Notes: generated from the sequence alone by a model not told the origin. Counted from the first letter of the whole stretch, positions 23,681 to 37,567 are shown. The stretch: 63,839 bases of DNA, filler included, from Octopus bimaculoides (GCF_001194135.2; 8 parts of 7 records of this genome joined end to end with filler, not necessarily neighbours in it), one strand, 5' to 3'. Numbers and translations: made by a program.

Positions 23681-24768
23681 AAATGTAGCATAAAGATTAG
23701 GAATGTACAGTTGATGATGTCATCTTGATAAAACAAGCCTATGACCAAAGGCATTATAGTCGTAACATCGCATCTTATTTTAGACATACCTTATCACGGA
23801 TTACATTAGTCAGTGGGTCCCTCCCTATTTTAAGACTGTAATATGTGATTTAAGAAAAAAATAGGGCTGATGTTTCTAGCATACCGAGCGGCCTCATAGA
23901 GTACTTCAGCGATGACTAACAGAGGTTTGGTGCTGTACAATGACATGTAGCGTTCAGTACAGATGTATAAGAACACTGCGGTGATATACAGTAGTGTAGT
24001 GTACAAATGTAGAAATTTAGTGTAATGATGTGAGTATAGCGAGACGTGGAGTACAAATGTCGAAATGCACTGCATTGCAAAAATTGAGAGTGTACTGAAG
24101 TGATGATGTGAATTGTCATTTACACATATAGGAATGAAATGAACGTTTGCTGTGTACAAGCGTAACTTCTTAAAATCTAGCGAAGTATGGTGCACAAATA
24201 TCGGTTTCCAATTTTAGCACAAGGCCAGAAATTGTGAGGGATGGGGTAAGACTAGAGTAATTTACAATTGTTCAAATAGATATTAGTTTATATGTCCAGG
24301 AAAAAATACAATAGAATATCCCAATATTTATATCTCATGTATTAGATTTCTTATTTTGTAAGTGCGTGTCCTTCAACCTCGGGAGTTAGGAATCTACCAC
24401 ACTAATGATTCTAATGTCATCGAATGAGGAGAATTTTGTGAAATTCACAATAAATATATAAATAAATCAATATTATTGCTCTAAGTTTTACTTGAGTTGG
24501 TAGCTGTTTACTATTTTTTTAATCATTCCTCGTGATTTCTTCCCTCCTTTTCCCACTCCCGTAAATATTTGCATGCTTATAAGTGTGTGAGAGCACTAAT
24601 ACAAGTGAATAAAGTACTATAATTCATGATTGGTATTTCATCACTCTACATCAATTCTGAGTGCAGATTGCGTACAAACCATATCTAAATGAGGAGGGAT
24701 GTCTTTCATCTGTTGAGTAGCGGTAATATCAGACACACATACAGACACACATATATATATACATATAC

Positions 24769-24970
24769 TTTTCTACTCTAGGCACAAGGCCCGACATTTG
24801 GGGAGAGGAAGCTAGTCGATTAGATGGACCCTAGTACGTAACTGGTACTTAATTTGTCGACCCCGAAAGGATGAAAGGCAAAGTCAACCTCGGCGGAATT
24901 TGAACTCAGAATGTAAAAACAGACGAAATACCGGTAAGCATTTCGCCCGGCGTACTAACGTTTCTGCCTT
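24769..24970 (-). mobile_element. SINE family A
   Basis: ttttctactctaggcacaaggccc...gaaaggatgaaaggcaaagtcaacctcggcggaatttgaactcag. Confidence 0.92.
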
Positions 24971-26129
24971 TTATATTTATATATNNNNNNNNNNNNNNNN
25001 NNNNNNNNNNNNNNNNNNNNNNNNNNNNNNNNNNNNNNNNNNNNNNNNNNNNNNNNNNNNNNNNNNNNNNNNNNNNNNTCTTGAAAATTGGTTATTTTCC
25101 CTAAAACTATATATTTTATATATACTTTATCTATAAGGCTCAATTTAATTTTAATTTTTTATAAATTGATTTTAATTGAGTTTTTTAACTGTAATTTTGG
25201 ATTTTGTCCCTAATATTATTATATACATATATACATATACCGAGGGTATGAGAGGTATTGGATGGTACGTGTACCAATCCATACTCACGATTGACAGGTG
25301 GCTGTACTATACACAGATTATTAGTGGCTCTAATAACCGTGTCAATGTTTTGTTCCCCTAGTCATCACCTCCGTTTCCTGTCTGTCTGTCTGGATCGAAA
25401 AATATTTCATTTTTGAATTCTTATTTTGGCACTAAAGAAAAGTTTATAAGATACGGTCTTGCTTATACGCGAGCCAAAATCCCATCTTAAAAGACCTAAA
25501 TAAAGAAATAGCTGACGCTCCAGTATCGGAGCGAAAAGCAATTTTCGAGGCAATGCGATTCCTTGCAATAATATTTTTTTTTAGTAATAATAGTAAAACT
25601 TTACGGATATACGCAATCATTTGCAAGAATATCAAAGACAAAATAAAACACTTCAATATAATACACGAGAAAGATTCAAATGAAGCATATATCTAGTAGG
25701 TAATAGGATAAAAAACAGTTTCATATAGAACTTTAAACCAGATCGGTAATAGTAGCATGGAGGACAACGTGTCGATGCATCTACCATTTGTTGATGATTC
25801 CCTATTAACTCTTAGCGGATGACGCCTCTGCACCACTCAGAGACAACCCTTCAACCTATGGGTCTGTATGGGTATTCGTTGCTGGTGAGACTTTTACGAA
25901 GGAAGAAGGAAAATCCTACTTCAATCTTTTTAGTCACCTTTTACGACACACAGAGGAAATATTGGGTCTATTCTTTGACATACCTATACAGCAAAAGCAG
26001 AGCACTCACTCCAAAATCTGAGAAATTACTTCTAGCTCTGAACCTGTTAAAGTATGTACTGTCTCGAGTCCTCAGACACATACGGTCGGTCTCGGTCACC
26101 TAGTTTTCTATTATGTAGAAGTCTCGAAA

Positions 26130-26290
26130 TGGATGCCAATCAGTCGTAGAGTTACTCATTTACAGCTAAGTGGATGGAACAGCGGGAAATGAAGTGTTTT
26201 TCTCAAGAGCACAACGCACCGTCTGGTGCGTAAATCGAAACCACGATCTTGCGATCATAAGCGCAATACCATAACCACTAGGCTACGCAA
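26130..26290 (-). mobile_element. SINE family D, diverged
   Basis: gttactcatttacagctaagtgga...gaaatgaagtgtttttctcaagagcacaacgc...atcgaaaccacgatcttgcgatc. Confidence 0.8.
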
Positions 26291-27964
26291 CTGCTGAACC
26301 AGTTATAAGGATTTAATAAATTAGTTAAGGAAAAGCTGCACATTGGCTTAAGTTCGAGATTTGTGTTTTCGGTATAGTCATGTCATATGTCATTATATAA
26401 TTTGTGAATGTGAGATCGTGTTATAAAACGCGGTAAATAAATATATACACAAATAAAGTAAAATGAGTGTCATATGGAAGTTTATCAGGAGTCTTGGACA
26501 TATATTTCATTTCTAAAATGAAAATCTCAAGAAGTGAATCCTCGGGCGATATCAGTTAAAGATGGAGCTATCGTTTCAGTTTTCATTTTCAACTAAATAT
26601 TCTTTAGAAGGTTTCATATGAATCGATGTAGTTTCGTAATTTATCAGCTTTACATCGTTTTTAATTGGTTCAATTTTAACGGTGCATGTAGTTTGAAACC
26701 TTCTAAAAGACTTGAATTCCTGTCAAAATATTCATTGAGCGAATCAGTGAAATTCTATCACTTTTTCAAAACTAATATATCATTTACTCCAAGATTAAAA
26801 AAGAAATTTCTTTACTTCCTTGTAAAGATCACATTTTAATAAAAAAACAAAAAACAAAAGGAAAGTTCCATTTTTTAATTTTTACCAAATTTTCATAATG
26901 TGTTTTGTTTTGACATTTCAAGATGTCTGCATGGAACATTTCTGAGACAATTACGTAAGTGGATAGTCAAACTGTCATTCATTGTTATTAATGACATGAG
27001 CTCTCATGTACAATGATAAACAAACTACCTCTTGTCAACTCCATTTAGGACAAACACTGGTATATTATCTTTTCATAAATGCCACGTATTCGGCAGCTGC
27101 TATTTATGATGTAATTTGAAATAATCTTAGTCCTTTTTTGAGCAAATATTTGTTGAGTTCATTGATTAAAAAATATTTCGGTTGCCGCATTCAGTGATTG
27201 GTCTTTCAACTATTCAGAGGTTGCAAAGGATTATTCCGTTTCCTTTTCTTTTCCTTCCTTTTTATTTTATTTTATCACGTCTTATGACGAGAGGGAGTTG
27301 ATGAGGGGGAGGTGACGAGATGACGAGCTGTGAAGAAAAATTTCAAAACTGTGGGGAAGAACACATAAAAACAAACAAAGAAAAAAAAATTGAAAGTTTT
27401 CCAACACAGTTATGAACATCAACAAAAGACAACTTTAAAATTTTGGAAGAATCACTTTCCAGTTAAGAACAACAGCTATTCTATTTCTTAGAACAGCAAT
27501 AATACGTAACTCATCTCAGAGCAACAACAATAATGACGATGACAATGCTGTCGATGAATTGCATTTCACAATTCTTCAAAGATCAAGCCAGGATACAATA
27601 GACAGAATCACATATTTGTGATGCAGTGAGATTTGAAGGGACATATTTATTACTTAGAAGTAACTAGGAGTGAAAAGACGTCCAAACAACAGCATGATGG
27701 TTAAGATAATAGAAGGCATGAGGAAACAAAACAGGTACTTCCTGAAGATGTGAATTGTTTCCACACCCTAACTCACCCAGAAATTGTAAATGAGAGCCTC
27801 TAGATGCACGAGGCTGCAGTAAAACTAATGATTATTAGGAAGAGACATAGGTCGTCCTAGCTCAACCTAGTTGCGAGTTTTACTCCCGTGTGGGAACCGA
27901 ACTTTGAATGTTTTCCAAGTTAGCTTTTTCCGTTTAAATTATATATTGTTTTAATTAGTTTTAC

Positions 27965-28334
27965 TGTGGAAGCGCAATGGCCCAGTGGTTAGGGCAGCGG
28001 TCATAGGATCGTGGTTTCGATTCCCAGACCGGGCGTTGTGAGTGTTTATTGAGCGAAAACACCTAAAGCCCCACGTGGCTCCAGCAGGAGATGGTGCCGA
28101 ACCCTGCGATATTTTTTTTTTCACCACAACTTTCTGCTGTTTCTGCTGTGCCTGTAATTCAAAGAGCCAGCCTTGCCAGTCTCTGTGTCACGCTGAATAT
28201 CCCCGAGAACTACGTTAAGGGTACACGTGTCTGTGGAGTGCTCGGATACTTGCACGTTAATTTCACGAGCAGGCTGTTCCGTTGATCGGATCAACTGGAA
28301 CCCTCGTCGTTGTAAGCGACGGAGTGCCAACAAC
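27965..28334 (+). mobile_element. SINE family C, full-length
   Basis: gtggaagcgcaatggcccagtggttagggcagc...ggtttcgattcccagaccgggcg...gacggagtgccaacaac. Confidence 0.93.
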
Positions 28335-28609
28335 TGTTTTACTATATCTATTGATATTTTTTCCATTTAATTATGAGGGGTTTTGGAAGTCTTTTACTTG
28401 TCTCTACTTTAAATACTGTTGTCATTGCTGATACTTTTGTTTAGCATTCTTTGAGCGGACTTGTGAAGGAAAATATTCTAACCATAACAATCGCGATACC
28501 TTTCAGATATTTTTTGACAGAGGTCACACTATCCATGAAGTGTTTCATTTTTTTTTTTTACAATATCTTTTGTTTCAGTCACATCACTGAGGCCCCTTTT
28601 AATCTAAAA

Positions 28610-28790
28610 AGTTGACCCCAGGACTTCTTAGTTTTTTTCTTCTTTTGAATGCTCGGTATTAGTTATATTGGTATCTCATGCCGAACCGCTAAGTTACCGG
28701 GACGAAAACACACCAACACCGGTTGTCAAGAGGTGGGTGGAAACGAACACAGACACAAACAGACACAAATACACACATACATATATATTG

Positions 28791-28828
<38 letters not shown>

Positions 28829-28932
28829 TCTTTCTTTTATTCTTTTATTTGTTTCAGTCATTTGACTGTGGCCACGCTGGAGCACCGCCTTTTAGTCGGC
28901 CAAATCGACCCCAAATCGATGGTGGGGATTCA

Positions 28933-28981
<49 letters not shown>

Positions 28982-29131
28982 CAATATATATATATACAAT
29001 GGTCTTCTTTCAGTTTCCGTCTACCAAATCCTCTTACAAGGCTTTGATCGGCCCGCAGCTATAGTGGGACTGAACCCGGATCCATGTGGTTGGGAAGCAA
29101 GATTCTTATCACACAGCCACACCTGCGCCTA
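28610..29131 (-). mobile_element. Two SINE B copies (28610-28795 partial; 28830-29131 with internal deletions)
   Basis: ttttatttgtttcagtcatttgactgtggccacgctggagcaccgcc...ttctttcagtttccgtctaccaaatcc...gggactgaacccggatccatgtggttgggaagcaag. Confidence 0.88.
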
Positions 29132-30330
29132 TAGCAGGATATTGTCTGGAAGAGATTTGATTGCAACTCTGTGGAAATTAAACGAATACTAAGGGCTTTC
29201 TTTATTGGCTTAACTGGAGAAAAGTGAAAGATAATGGTAAAGAGGATAAAGTAAAATAAAGATTTTGAGAGAAGTTATTAAAAAAAAGTGCGAGTTCCAA
29301 GTAGCGTGGAGGGGATATTTAGTGAGCATAAGAAATGAAAATATGCAAATATTTCAGAACAGAAAAGTAAAATGTGGAATAATGGTAGTAGGGCAGTGTA
29401 CAAAATAGAATTATAGACTCTGAAGAAGAGGAATAAAAGATGACAAGATGAGGTAAAAATAGAAAGTTTGATACACAAAGGAAAAAGACAGTAAACTAGA
29501 GAAGCTTGAAGAAAAAAATAGACGGGGAGACACTTGCAAGAAATATATAGAGTGGGTTAGATCAATAGGTGAAAGCAAAGAAAAAAAAATGAGGGAGAGA
29601 AAGTAAAAAAAAAAAAATCACAGATGGAGAAGAGAGAGAGAGAGAAAGTGTGTGTGTGAGACAGAGTGGGAGGGAGAATTAGGACGCCAGAAACACAAAA
29701 GAAACTGAGTCGGTGTATGAAATAAAAAGACATGGGTCAAGGGGGGGGGTAGAGAAAAAAGAAAGGCAGAAAGAAAGAAAAAAAGGAAAAAAAAATCAAA
29801 GAGAAAGAAGGAAGAAAGGGAGGAAGTCGGAGAGGCTTGAAGCAAACAAGTTTTGGTGAAAGCTTGCCACTTCTGTCGCCATGACGGTAGACATTGATTG
29901 GCATCCTGTCCAGAGCGGCGTGCTTTTGGTTTTAAGGAAGAAGAAGAAGAAGAAGAAGAAGAAGAAGAAGAGGGGAAGAATAAAACAGCAATGTTAGTCA
30001 GAATAAATAAATAGATAAATAATGATAAAAATAAATAAATAAAACCTCATTTTCTATAAGTGTGTTGGTCTTCTAACTTGGATGTCACTTCTGACATGCC
30101 TGGCAGGGATGTTACCGAATTAAAGAACTGGACGATGTGGGAGATGACGGCAGAAGTGGCGACCACAACAATGACATCACCAACCAACAACCATAGTAAC
30201 ATTAGCAACAGCAACAGCAACAGTAGTGGTAGCAGTAGCAGCAGCAGCAGCAACAGCAGCAGCAACAGCAGCAGTAGCAGCAGAGTAGCTTTTAAAAGAC
30301 AACTGAATACTTAATACTACAAATATTATT

Positions 30331-30885
30331 AAGGCGAGGGTGGTGAGCTGGCAGAAACGTTAGCACTCCGAGCGAAATGGTTAGCGGTATTTCGTCTGCC
30401 ACTGCGTTCTGTGTTCAAATTCCGCCGCGGTCGATTTTGCCTTTCAACCTTTCGGGGTCGATAAAGTTACGTACTGGGGCCGATATAATAGACTTAATCC
30501 GTTTGTCTGTCCTTGTTTGTCCCCTCTGTGTGTAGCCCCTTATGGGCAGTAAAGAAATAGGTATTTCGTCTGTCTTTAGGTGCTGAATTCAAATTCCGCC
30601 GAGGTCGACTTTGCCTTTCCGGGTCGATTAATTAAGTACCAATTGCGTACTGGGATTCGATCTGATCGACTGGCCCCCTCCACCAAATTTTCTGGCCTAG
30701 AGTAGAAAAGAATACTATTAAGGCGGCAGGCTGGCAGAATAGTTACCGCGCCAGACAAAATGCTTAGCGGTATTTCTTTTGGCGTTACGTTCTGTGTTCA
30801 AATTCCGCCGAGGTCGACTTTGACTTTTATCCTTAAGGGCTCCTCTTTCTCAAAATTACTGACCTTATGCCAAAATTTGAAGCCA
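30331..30885 (+). mobile_element. Head-to-tail array of three SINE A copies
   Basis: Copies at 30331-30560 (tail A2), 30561-30719 (5'-truncated, tail A1) and 30720-30885. Confidence 0.9.
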
Positions 30886-31162
30886 ATATTACACTTTTGT
30901 CTTTGCTCGGACCTCTAGCACACAGTTAAACCAAGATCGCGAAAACGTATGATCAACAGCATTCCAGTCCTGATCATCCAGTCATATCTTTACCTTTCAT
31001 TGTATATGTATTTTCCTTAATTTCGCTATTCGATTTATTTATTATTTTTTTTTTTTTACGATAACGGCAGCACGCGTGATCTGAGGTATATGTAGCTGCT
31101 ATTTCTAGCCCGCTGTACATACACTTGTAACTATAAGTGTTGTGCTATATTACCAAGAGATA

Positions 31163-31375
31163 AGGCGACGAGCTGGCAGAATCGCTTGCATGCCGGGCGA
31201 AATGCTTAGCGGTGTTTCGTATGCTACATTCTGATTTCAAATTCCGCCGTCGTCAACTTTGCCTTTCATGTTTTGGGGAGCGATGAAATAAGGTGCCAGT
31301 TGAGTACTGGGGTCGATGCAATCGACTTACCCCCTCCCCGAAACTTTCAGGCCTTGTTCCTATAGGAGAAAATAT
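31163..31375 (+). mobile_element. SINE family A with 15-bp TSD
   Basis: TSD tattaccaagagata (31148-31162) and tattaccgagagata (31376-31390), a 14/15 match. Confidence 0.93.
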
Positions 31376-32995
31376 TATTACCGAGAGATAATAAATAGTT
31401 GATTTAAGGATTAGAGTCAGAATATATGCCTGGTCTTGTTTATTTCTGTTCTTTGGTATCCCTCCCTGCGTGGTCGATAAAACTGAGTATCAGCAATATG
31501 CCAGGATCAATGTAACCGACTACCTGCTCCCCACAAAATTGCTGACCTAAATTAGAAATATTTGTTATGTAGAACGGTAACTTGCTGGTATCATTAGAAT
31601 GTCGAACAAAATGTCAAGTGATATTTAGTTACAGCTCTTTAAGTTCTAAGTTCAGCTCCTGTCGAGATCAAATGTACTTTTTCTCCCTCCTGTTTATTTC
31701 CTATTTGCTTACTCCTGGAAAATATAGAAAATGGTTAATATTTCCTTTAAACTTTGCTTTTTGCTACATTTATTCAAAACCCCACAGAATCCCTCTCAAC
31801 ACATTAGTATGATGCTCCCTCAATACTCATGCTTTTGATGAGAGTTGCACAGTTTGTCAGCCGCTAAGGGATATGCTCAAATGGTTAAGGTCAAACAACT
31901 GACAAGCAATTCTCTGGTATTGAGCAGAATATTTGCTATAACGATATTTCTGCTTCAGCAACTCAGCGCTGAATCTGTCTGAAGTGTAATGAAAAATTGG
32001 TCAGTTTCAAAACATTGCTATCCAGGTCACAAAAGCAAAGTTTAAAGTGAATAGCAGTTATTTCCTTTGATTTCTAGGTAGAAGCAAATAGGAGAAAAAC
32101 ACTTACTGACCAAAGACAAAAAAAAAAAACTTATAATAATAATAAATTGTTACATAGTGTAATTATTTTTTCATTTCAAATGAAGTCGAATTTATCTTCT
32201 GACACACTTTGCTGAATCAGTAAAAGAAACTCAAGTGATGAACTGATTCGAGGATACGCTCTAGATTTTTCTACAGATTTATAACTGTGTGCTTCTACAG
32301 ATATATAAATGTGTATATAGTCTTTCAAGAGTAGGCGACCCAAAGCAATTTGAATCGTTGTTTGTTTGAGTTTTACACAGCTTCCATATATTTTGTACTT
32401 ATTTCTGGTACTCTGCCTCATTCTATGATTTTAGAGGTTTGAAGTAAGAATACTCTTGTACTGCCATAAAACCAACTGACTTCATCTTTTGTTCTTTATG
32501 CTTCTCAACCATCGACCAGTGCTCAGTTTTTTTCTGCATTCAATTTTGTTTCGTAAGTTTTGTGGAGGTGTTAGCTCTGCAAGCAGTTTGCTTCTTAACG
32601 TTCGCTTCTTTTACCATAACATTCCGTAGTAGACTTTTCAACTTAGTTTAGTCTTTTTTTTATATATATATATATGTTCTATTATGCTTTTCTGTTCTCG
32701 TCACAGTTGTCCGTTATCACAGCTCAATTTTCTTTATATTTGTCAGATTCTATGAAGACAGATTTTGCTTTATTTATCTGTTCACGTTTTGTAGATCTTT
32801 GTACAATTTTCTATTCCGTCTTTAATAGAATTATTTGTAGTGTAAATATTTTTTTCTATAATAATTTACTAGTCACAGAAAACAATATAGTCTTCTCAGG
32901 TCGTATTTGTGTATAACGTATTTCAAACACGGCTCTTATTTTACTTGTATTTCTACTTCGTCTCATAATTCAATTAGGCTCCGTATGCTATTGCT

Positions 32996-33445
32996 GAAGG
33001 CGGTGAGCTGACAGAATCGTTAGTAAGCCGGACAAAATGATTAGCGGCATTTCGTCCTTCTTTACGTTCTGAGTTCAAATTTCGTCTAGGTCGACATTGC
33101 CTTTCATCCTTTTGGGATCGATAAAATAAGTACCATTCAAGTACTAGCGTCGATGCAATCGATCATCCACCTTCCCAAAAATTTCAGGCCTTGTGCCTAT
33201 TATAGAAAGGATTATCATTATAAGGCGGCGAATTGACAGAATCGTTAGCACGCTGGACGAATTGCTTGGCGGTATTTTGCCCGTCGCTACATTCTGAGTT
33301 CAAATTCCGCCCGAGTCGACTTTGCCTTTCATCCCTTCGAGGTCGATAAATTAAATACCAGTTGCGTACTGGGTCGATCTAATCGACTGTCCCCACCCTC
33401 CCGCAGAATTTCGAGCCTTGTGCCTAGAGTAGGACAGATTATTAT
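32996..33445 (+). mobile_element. Two tandem SINE A copies
   Basis: The tail of copy 1 (gaaaggattatcatta) runs directly into the head of copy 2 (taaggcggcg, 33221). Confidence 0.92.
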
Positions 33446-33499
33446 TATTGTTATTATTTTTATCATTATAATTTCTTAGTAAAAGTCCCAAGGATTATC

Positions 33500-34130
33500 A
33501 TTAGCTACACTTACTTCCAGACTAGAATTCTTTTAAGTCATTTATTTGCTGTTGGTGTTGCATTGATTTCTACTTCTTGATAAATTCGGTTTTGGTAGTA
33601 ATCGAACAATGTGGTTTGTACGAGCTATCATAGTATTTTCCATAATGATGGATTATTTGTGAATTAGCGAGAATCTGAAGCTGTTGTATCATCTTTCCAT
33701 TTTGCCATTGGTATTTTCGTTATAATTTTATTATTAATAACTGATAAGTGATAGTTTATATTTCCTACTTCCTCGGTAAGTCTGTTTTCCGTGACGTTTG
33801 TTGTTGGAGGTTCTGATATTGCTATTTATATCACAACTGAATATAATATTTCCTTTGTATTGATGATATTGGTGATATTGATGTTTGTTCCTGTTTTCTG
33901 TTAGTCTACGATGGCAAAATTTGTTATAAGTGAGTACAAATTTGATTTTATTGTATTTTGTTATTTTTTTCGCTAGTTTGTTTTACATAAGGCGTTATGT
34001 ATCTGCATCGAAAATAACAAAGTTCTTTTAATGTTCCTGTAATGTTTTTCTTTTTCTTTTGTATATTTTGTTTGTTATACTATATTTCGTTGAAATTCAT
34101 GAGTTTTATTTATGTATTTTAAAAAATTTT
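33500..34130 (-). mobile_element. Possible decayed Penelope-like element ORF end (GIY-YIG-like)
   Basis: A-rich minus strand gives GNIIFSC...TYRGS and NPSLWKIL, loosely like the VIY...YIG and .WKIL motifs of PLE endonucleases. There are many stops and shifts. Confidence 0.3.
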
Positions 34131-34252
34131 AACTGGATCCCAATATAGAAGCTATTTAAAAAAATATCTAGTATGTTATTTAAAGTTATTCTTTAGATCA
34201 GGGTTGTTTCCTTTGCAAATATTATAAGTGTGGTCAGTAAAAAAGAGAGTTT

Positions 34253-34287
34253 TTTTTACGTTTCGAGCGTAACTCTTGGTCGGAAAG
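34253..34287 (-). ncRNA. Decayed minimal hammerhead motif, same family as 15993-16028
   Basis: Minus strand ttt-CCGACCA-a-GAG ttacg CTC-GAAA-CG-TA-aaaa. The core carries two substitutions relative to CTGACGA. Confidence 0.5.
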
Positions 34288-34362
34288 GAAAAAGAAAAGG
34301 GGAACAGTCCAAAGAAGGAAAGAAAGTCACCAACAGCATGTGTGTGTATTGCTGATAATATA

Positions 34363-34462
<100 letters not shown>

Positions 34463-34558
34463 AATTAATGGTCATTCAGCATAGGATCTTATAGGCAAAC
34501 CCATGGTGAATTTCTATATTATTTGCTATGACGTTAGCAGTCACTCGTCTCTCTGATT

Positions 34559-34853
34559 CAGTGGTTCTCAACAGAAGTCAGTATGGCCCTTGGGGTTCCA
34601 TATGGCCCTTGGGGTTCCATATGGCCCTTGGAGTTCCATATGAGATTGTGTCGTTAAAATTTGTGTGCAATAAAATTTTTATATTTTTGCAATGCACTAA
34701 ATATTTAAACAATTATTTTTATACAGTTCCCTATAATATTTAATAATAAAAATGAATGATTCTTTTAAAAACATTAAATGGCTAGGAGGGTTCACCCAAG
34801 TAAAATAGGAATCAAAGGGGTCCATAGGTTAAAAAAATTATTAAGAAATTCTA
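34559..34853. mobile_element. hAT-type MITE with internal 19-bp triplication
   Basis: Left end cagtggttctcaac is typical of hAT/Charlie-like TIRs. The right end is decayed (ttaagaaattctag). tatggcccttgg(g/a)gttcca occurs x3 at 34582-34638. Confidence 0.55.
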
Positions 34854-35009
34854 GTTTAACTTAATCAAACAATGCGTGTTTTCTGTTGCTCATATTTCGT
34901 AGTTTGGCAATAATTTTATTGTATATGTAAAGTCTAGAATGTTTGCTATTCGCAATATTTGTTCACTTCTAAATATTTAACTCCTTTGTAAAAAATAATT
35001 TATCATCAT

Positions 35010-35049
35010 CATTATCATCATCACCATTATTATTATTATTAATATTATT

Positions 35050-35080
<31 letters not shown>

Positions 35081-35107
35081 GTATTATTATTATTATTATT
35101 ATTATTA

Positions 35108-35198
<91 letters not shown>
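35010..35198. repeat. (ATT)n/(ATC)n compound trinucleotide microsatellite
   Basis: Direct reading. Similar arrays lie at 22021-22143, 42190-42290, 42556-42649 and 62938-63125. Confidence 0.97.
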
Positions 35199-35411
35199 CT
35201 TCGTCATCAATGTTCTTGTTGTTATTGTTACTTCTGCTATTACTGTAGTTGTTTGTACTTTACCACTTAAAAGATATGTCATGAGAAGTTCCTGTTTGAC
35301 TTCTTGTATTGTTTGATTTCACAAGTTACATTTCTTGTGAATATTTTTTTATGCTATTTTGATATCAAAGGAGAACACTTAATTTTTATCACAGACACAC
35401 ACACATTCACG

Positions 35412-35463
<52 letters not shown>

Positions 35464-35598
35464 TGCATACACATTGAAACACACACATAGATATGGTCAT
35501 ATATGTACACGTGTTTTATACAACCCAGACGCACTCATACATATACACATACATATAACAAACATTCATACATATGTACATCCACATACACCAGTGTT

Positions 35599-35681
<83 letters not shown>

Positions 35682-37419
35682 AGAGAGACAGACAGACAGA
35701 CAGAGAGAGGAGAGATACATAGATACTCCCTGTTTAGGCGAGAAATGTTTATATAATTTTCCTTTATTCGTTTAACTTTTACACAAAAAATTCTCGCGAA
35801 TATGGCGGTGACGGTGGTTGAGTATTCCTATAGTCGTATCTGCATTATTTCACTTCTTCTGGAGAAAGGAAAAGAAATGCAAATCCCCTGTGTATTATGA
35901 ATAATTACGCAAATAGCAGAAAAATTTGTTACAGCTACAGCAAGAACAACATCACTAACACAAAAAATAACAATATCAAACTTTAAAAATGTTTTATACA
36001 TAACATAGTAACATTTGGCAAAAATTTATTGAGTGTAGCAACAGCGGTAATTCTGTTTTAATCGTAAGCAGGAAGCCTGGAATTTGCTGGATGGCGTTAA
36101 TGGAGATCAACGTCTCCAGGACTTGATCGGTACTTTATTTTATCAACACCGAAAACAAGAACGGTAAAGTTAACTCAAGTACAATTTGAACTCGAAACGT
36201 AAAGTGTTGTAAAGAAGCAGTAGAAAAACATACAGTTTGTTAAGTGTTCCTATTATTCAAACAATAACCAATACACCGCTTTCACCAGTACATATATTAA
36301 CAAAAATTAAAAGCGAGTAAAAGCATATTCACCTGCAGTGTATCACCTGTGTTTGAATTTTAGCATCATGGCTTGGAAAAAAGCATGTTGATTAGCAAAA
36401 TTATGTATAGATTCCAACATTTGTGATTTTTAATTAGACCACTTTGCGTTCTGAATTTATATCGTACCAAAGCTAGTTTTGAGTTTAATTCTTCTGTGGT
36501 CGATAAACTAAAGCGCCACTCAAGGTACTTGGATCGGTTTATTCGCCAATACGTTCACGAAAAATGAGTGTCATTACGCAAACGTTAGAAATCACGGACG
36601 AGTAAATGGGAGAAATTCGTTCATATCTCAGTAGATAAGAAGGAATAGAAAAATAAGTATGGAAGAATATAGCGAGGAACAGAATAACATGGTGAATAAC
36701 ATGAAGAACCAATTAAAGCAGAGTTTGAAGTTACAATTAATGAGCAAAACCACATATAAACAACGTGTAGAGGCAAGAACATTCTCCTTAGTGTATTCGT
36801 GACATTTTTGTCTAGAATTGGTGAAGCAAAACGCTGTTGCGGTAATTTTATCAGAAAAATCAATCCTGGTGACTTTTATAGAAGCTAATTGTTAAGGTAT
36901 GTTGACCGAAATTATGAACACTTGCTCTGTGATGACATTGGAAAAGATTTACTTGAGGTGGTTAACGCTACAATCGACAACTACGACAATTCATATAGAA
37001 TGATCGTGTACTTTGAAATAATTGTGAACTTGAACTATGCAACTTCATTAAAGATACTCTCCCTATAAGGAAAATAATCATAGGCAAAAAATTTGAGACT
37101 AGTTGAAGAGACTGAAAGCCTAGATCCTGACTGAAAGATATCTAAGTACTGCAGGAGCTTCTATTCGCAAAAGTTGATCACATTTCTACACAAAATTCCA
37201 CCAAGGTTCCCGTCTCTAATCAACATCAGTTCACGTGGCAAGATTAACGTGATGGAACTTGGGCTCAAATAACAGATTGTTGCTGGAAGCAAGAAAGTGT
37301 TACTAGATTCATTCTGTACTTTCACACGCCTTATTTTATTTTCTTTCAACTTTTTTGTTGCTCCATAGCTGTAAGTTGGTCTACATTGAGTTTGTAGTAG
37401 CTGATCTTACCTAACTGCA

Positions 37420-37567
37420 TACTTGAATGGTTGGCTAGTCTGGTATCGTCGTTAAGAATTGGTATATTTGGAATCTGGCAGTATCTCACCAGTTCGTGCA
37501 TTAAAATTCACTCCAATCCCGAAGTTTGGAACATGCCCCTCCAGGATTCTCCATACGTACATGATAG

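Noticed and set aside
25252-25286. Imperfect ~17-bp hairpin
   Set aside because: Too short for a pre-miRNA, single copy and without supporting context.
27742-27790. CTGAAGA-tGTGA...TCAC-cca-GAAA possible hammerhead
   Set aside because: There are three extra bases before GAAA and no stem I pairing. At best it is a heavily decayed relic.
27965-28040. tRNA gene-like sequence (also 46065, 12820-12900)
   Set aside because: The A/B boxes continue into repeated SINE bodies with TSDs, and there is no closed acceptor stem. These are SINE heads.
32180-32600. Possible minus-strand APE endonuclease remnant (MAVQEY, SVEK..PRI)
   Set aside because: Motif similarity is marginal and was not supportable by eye.
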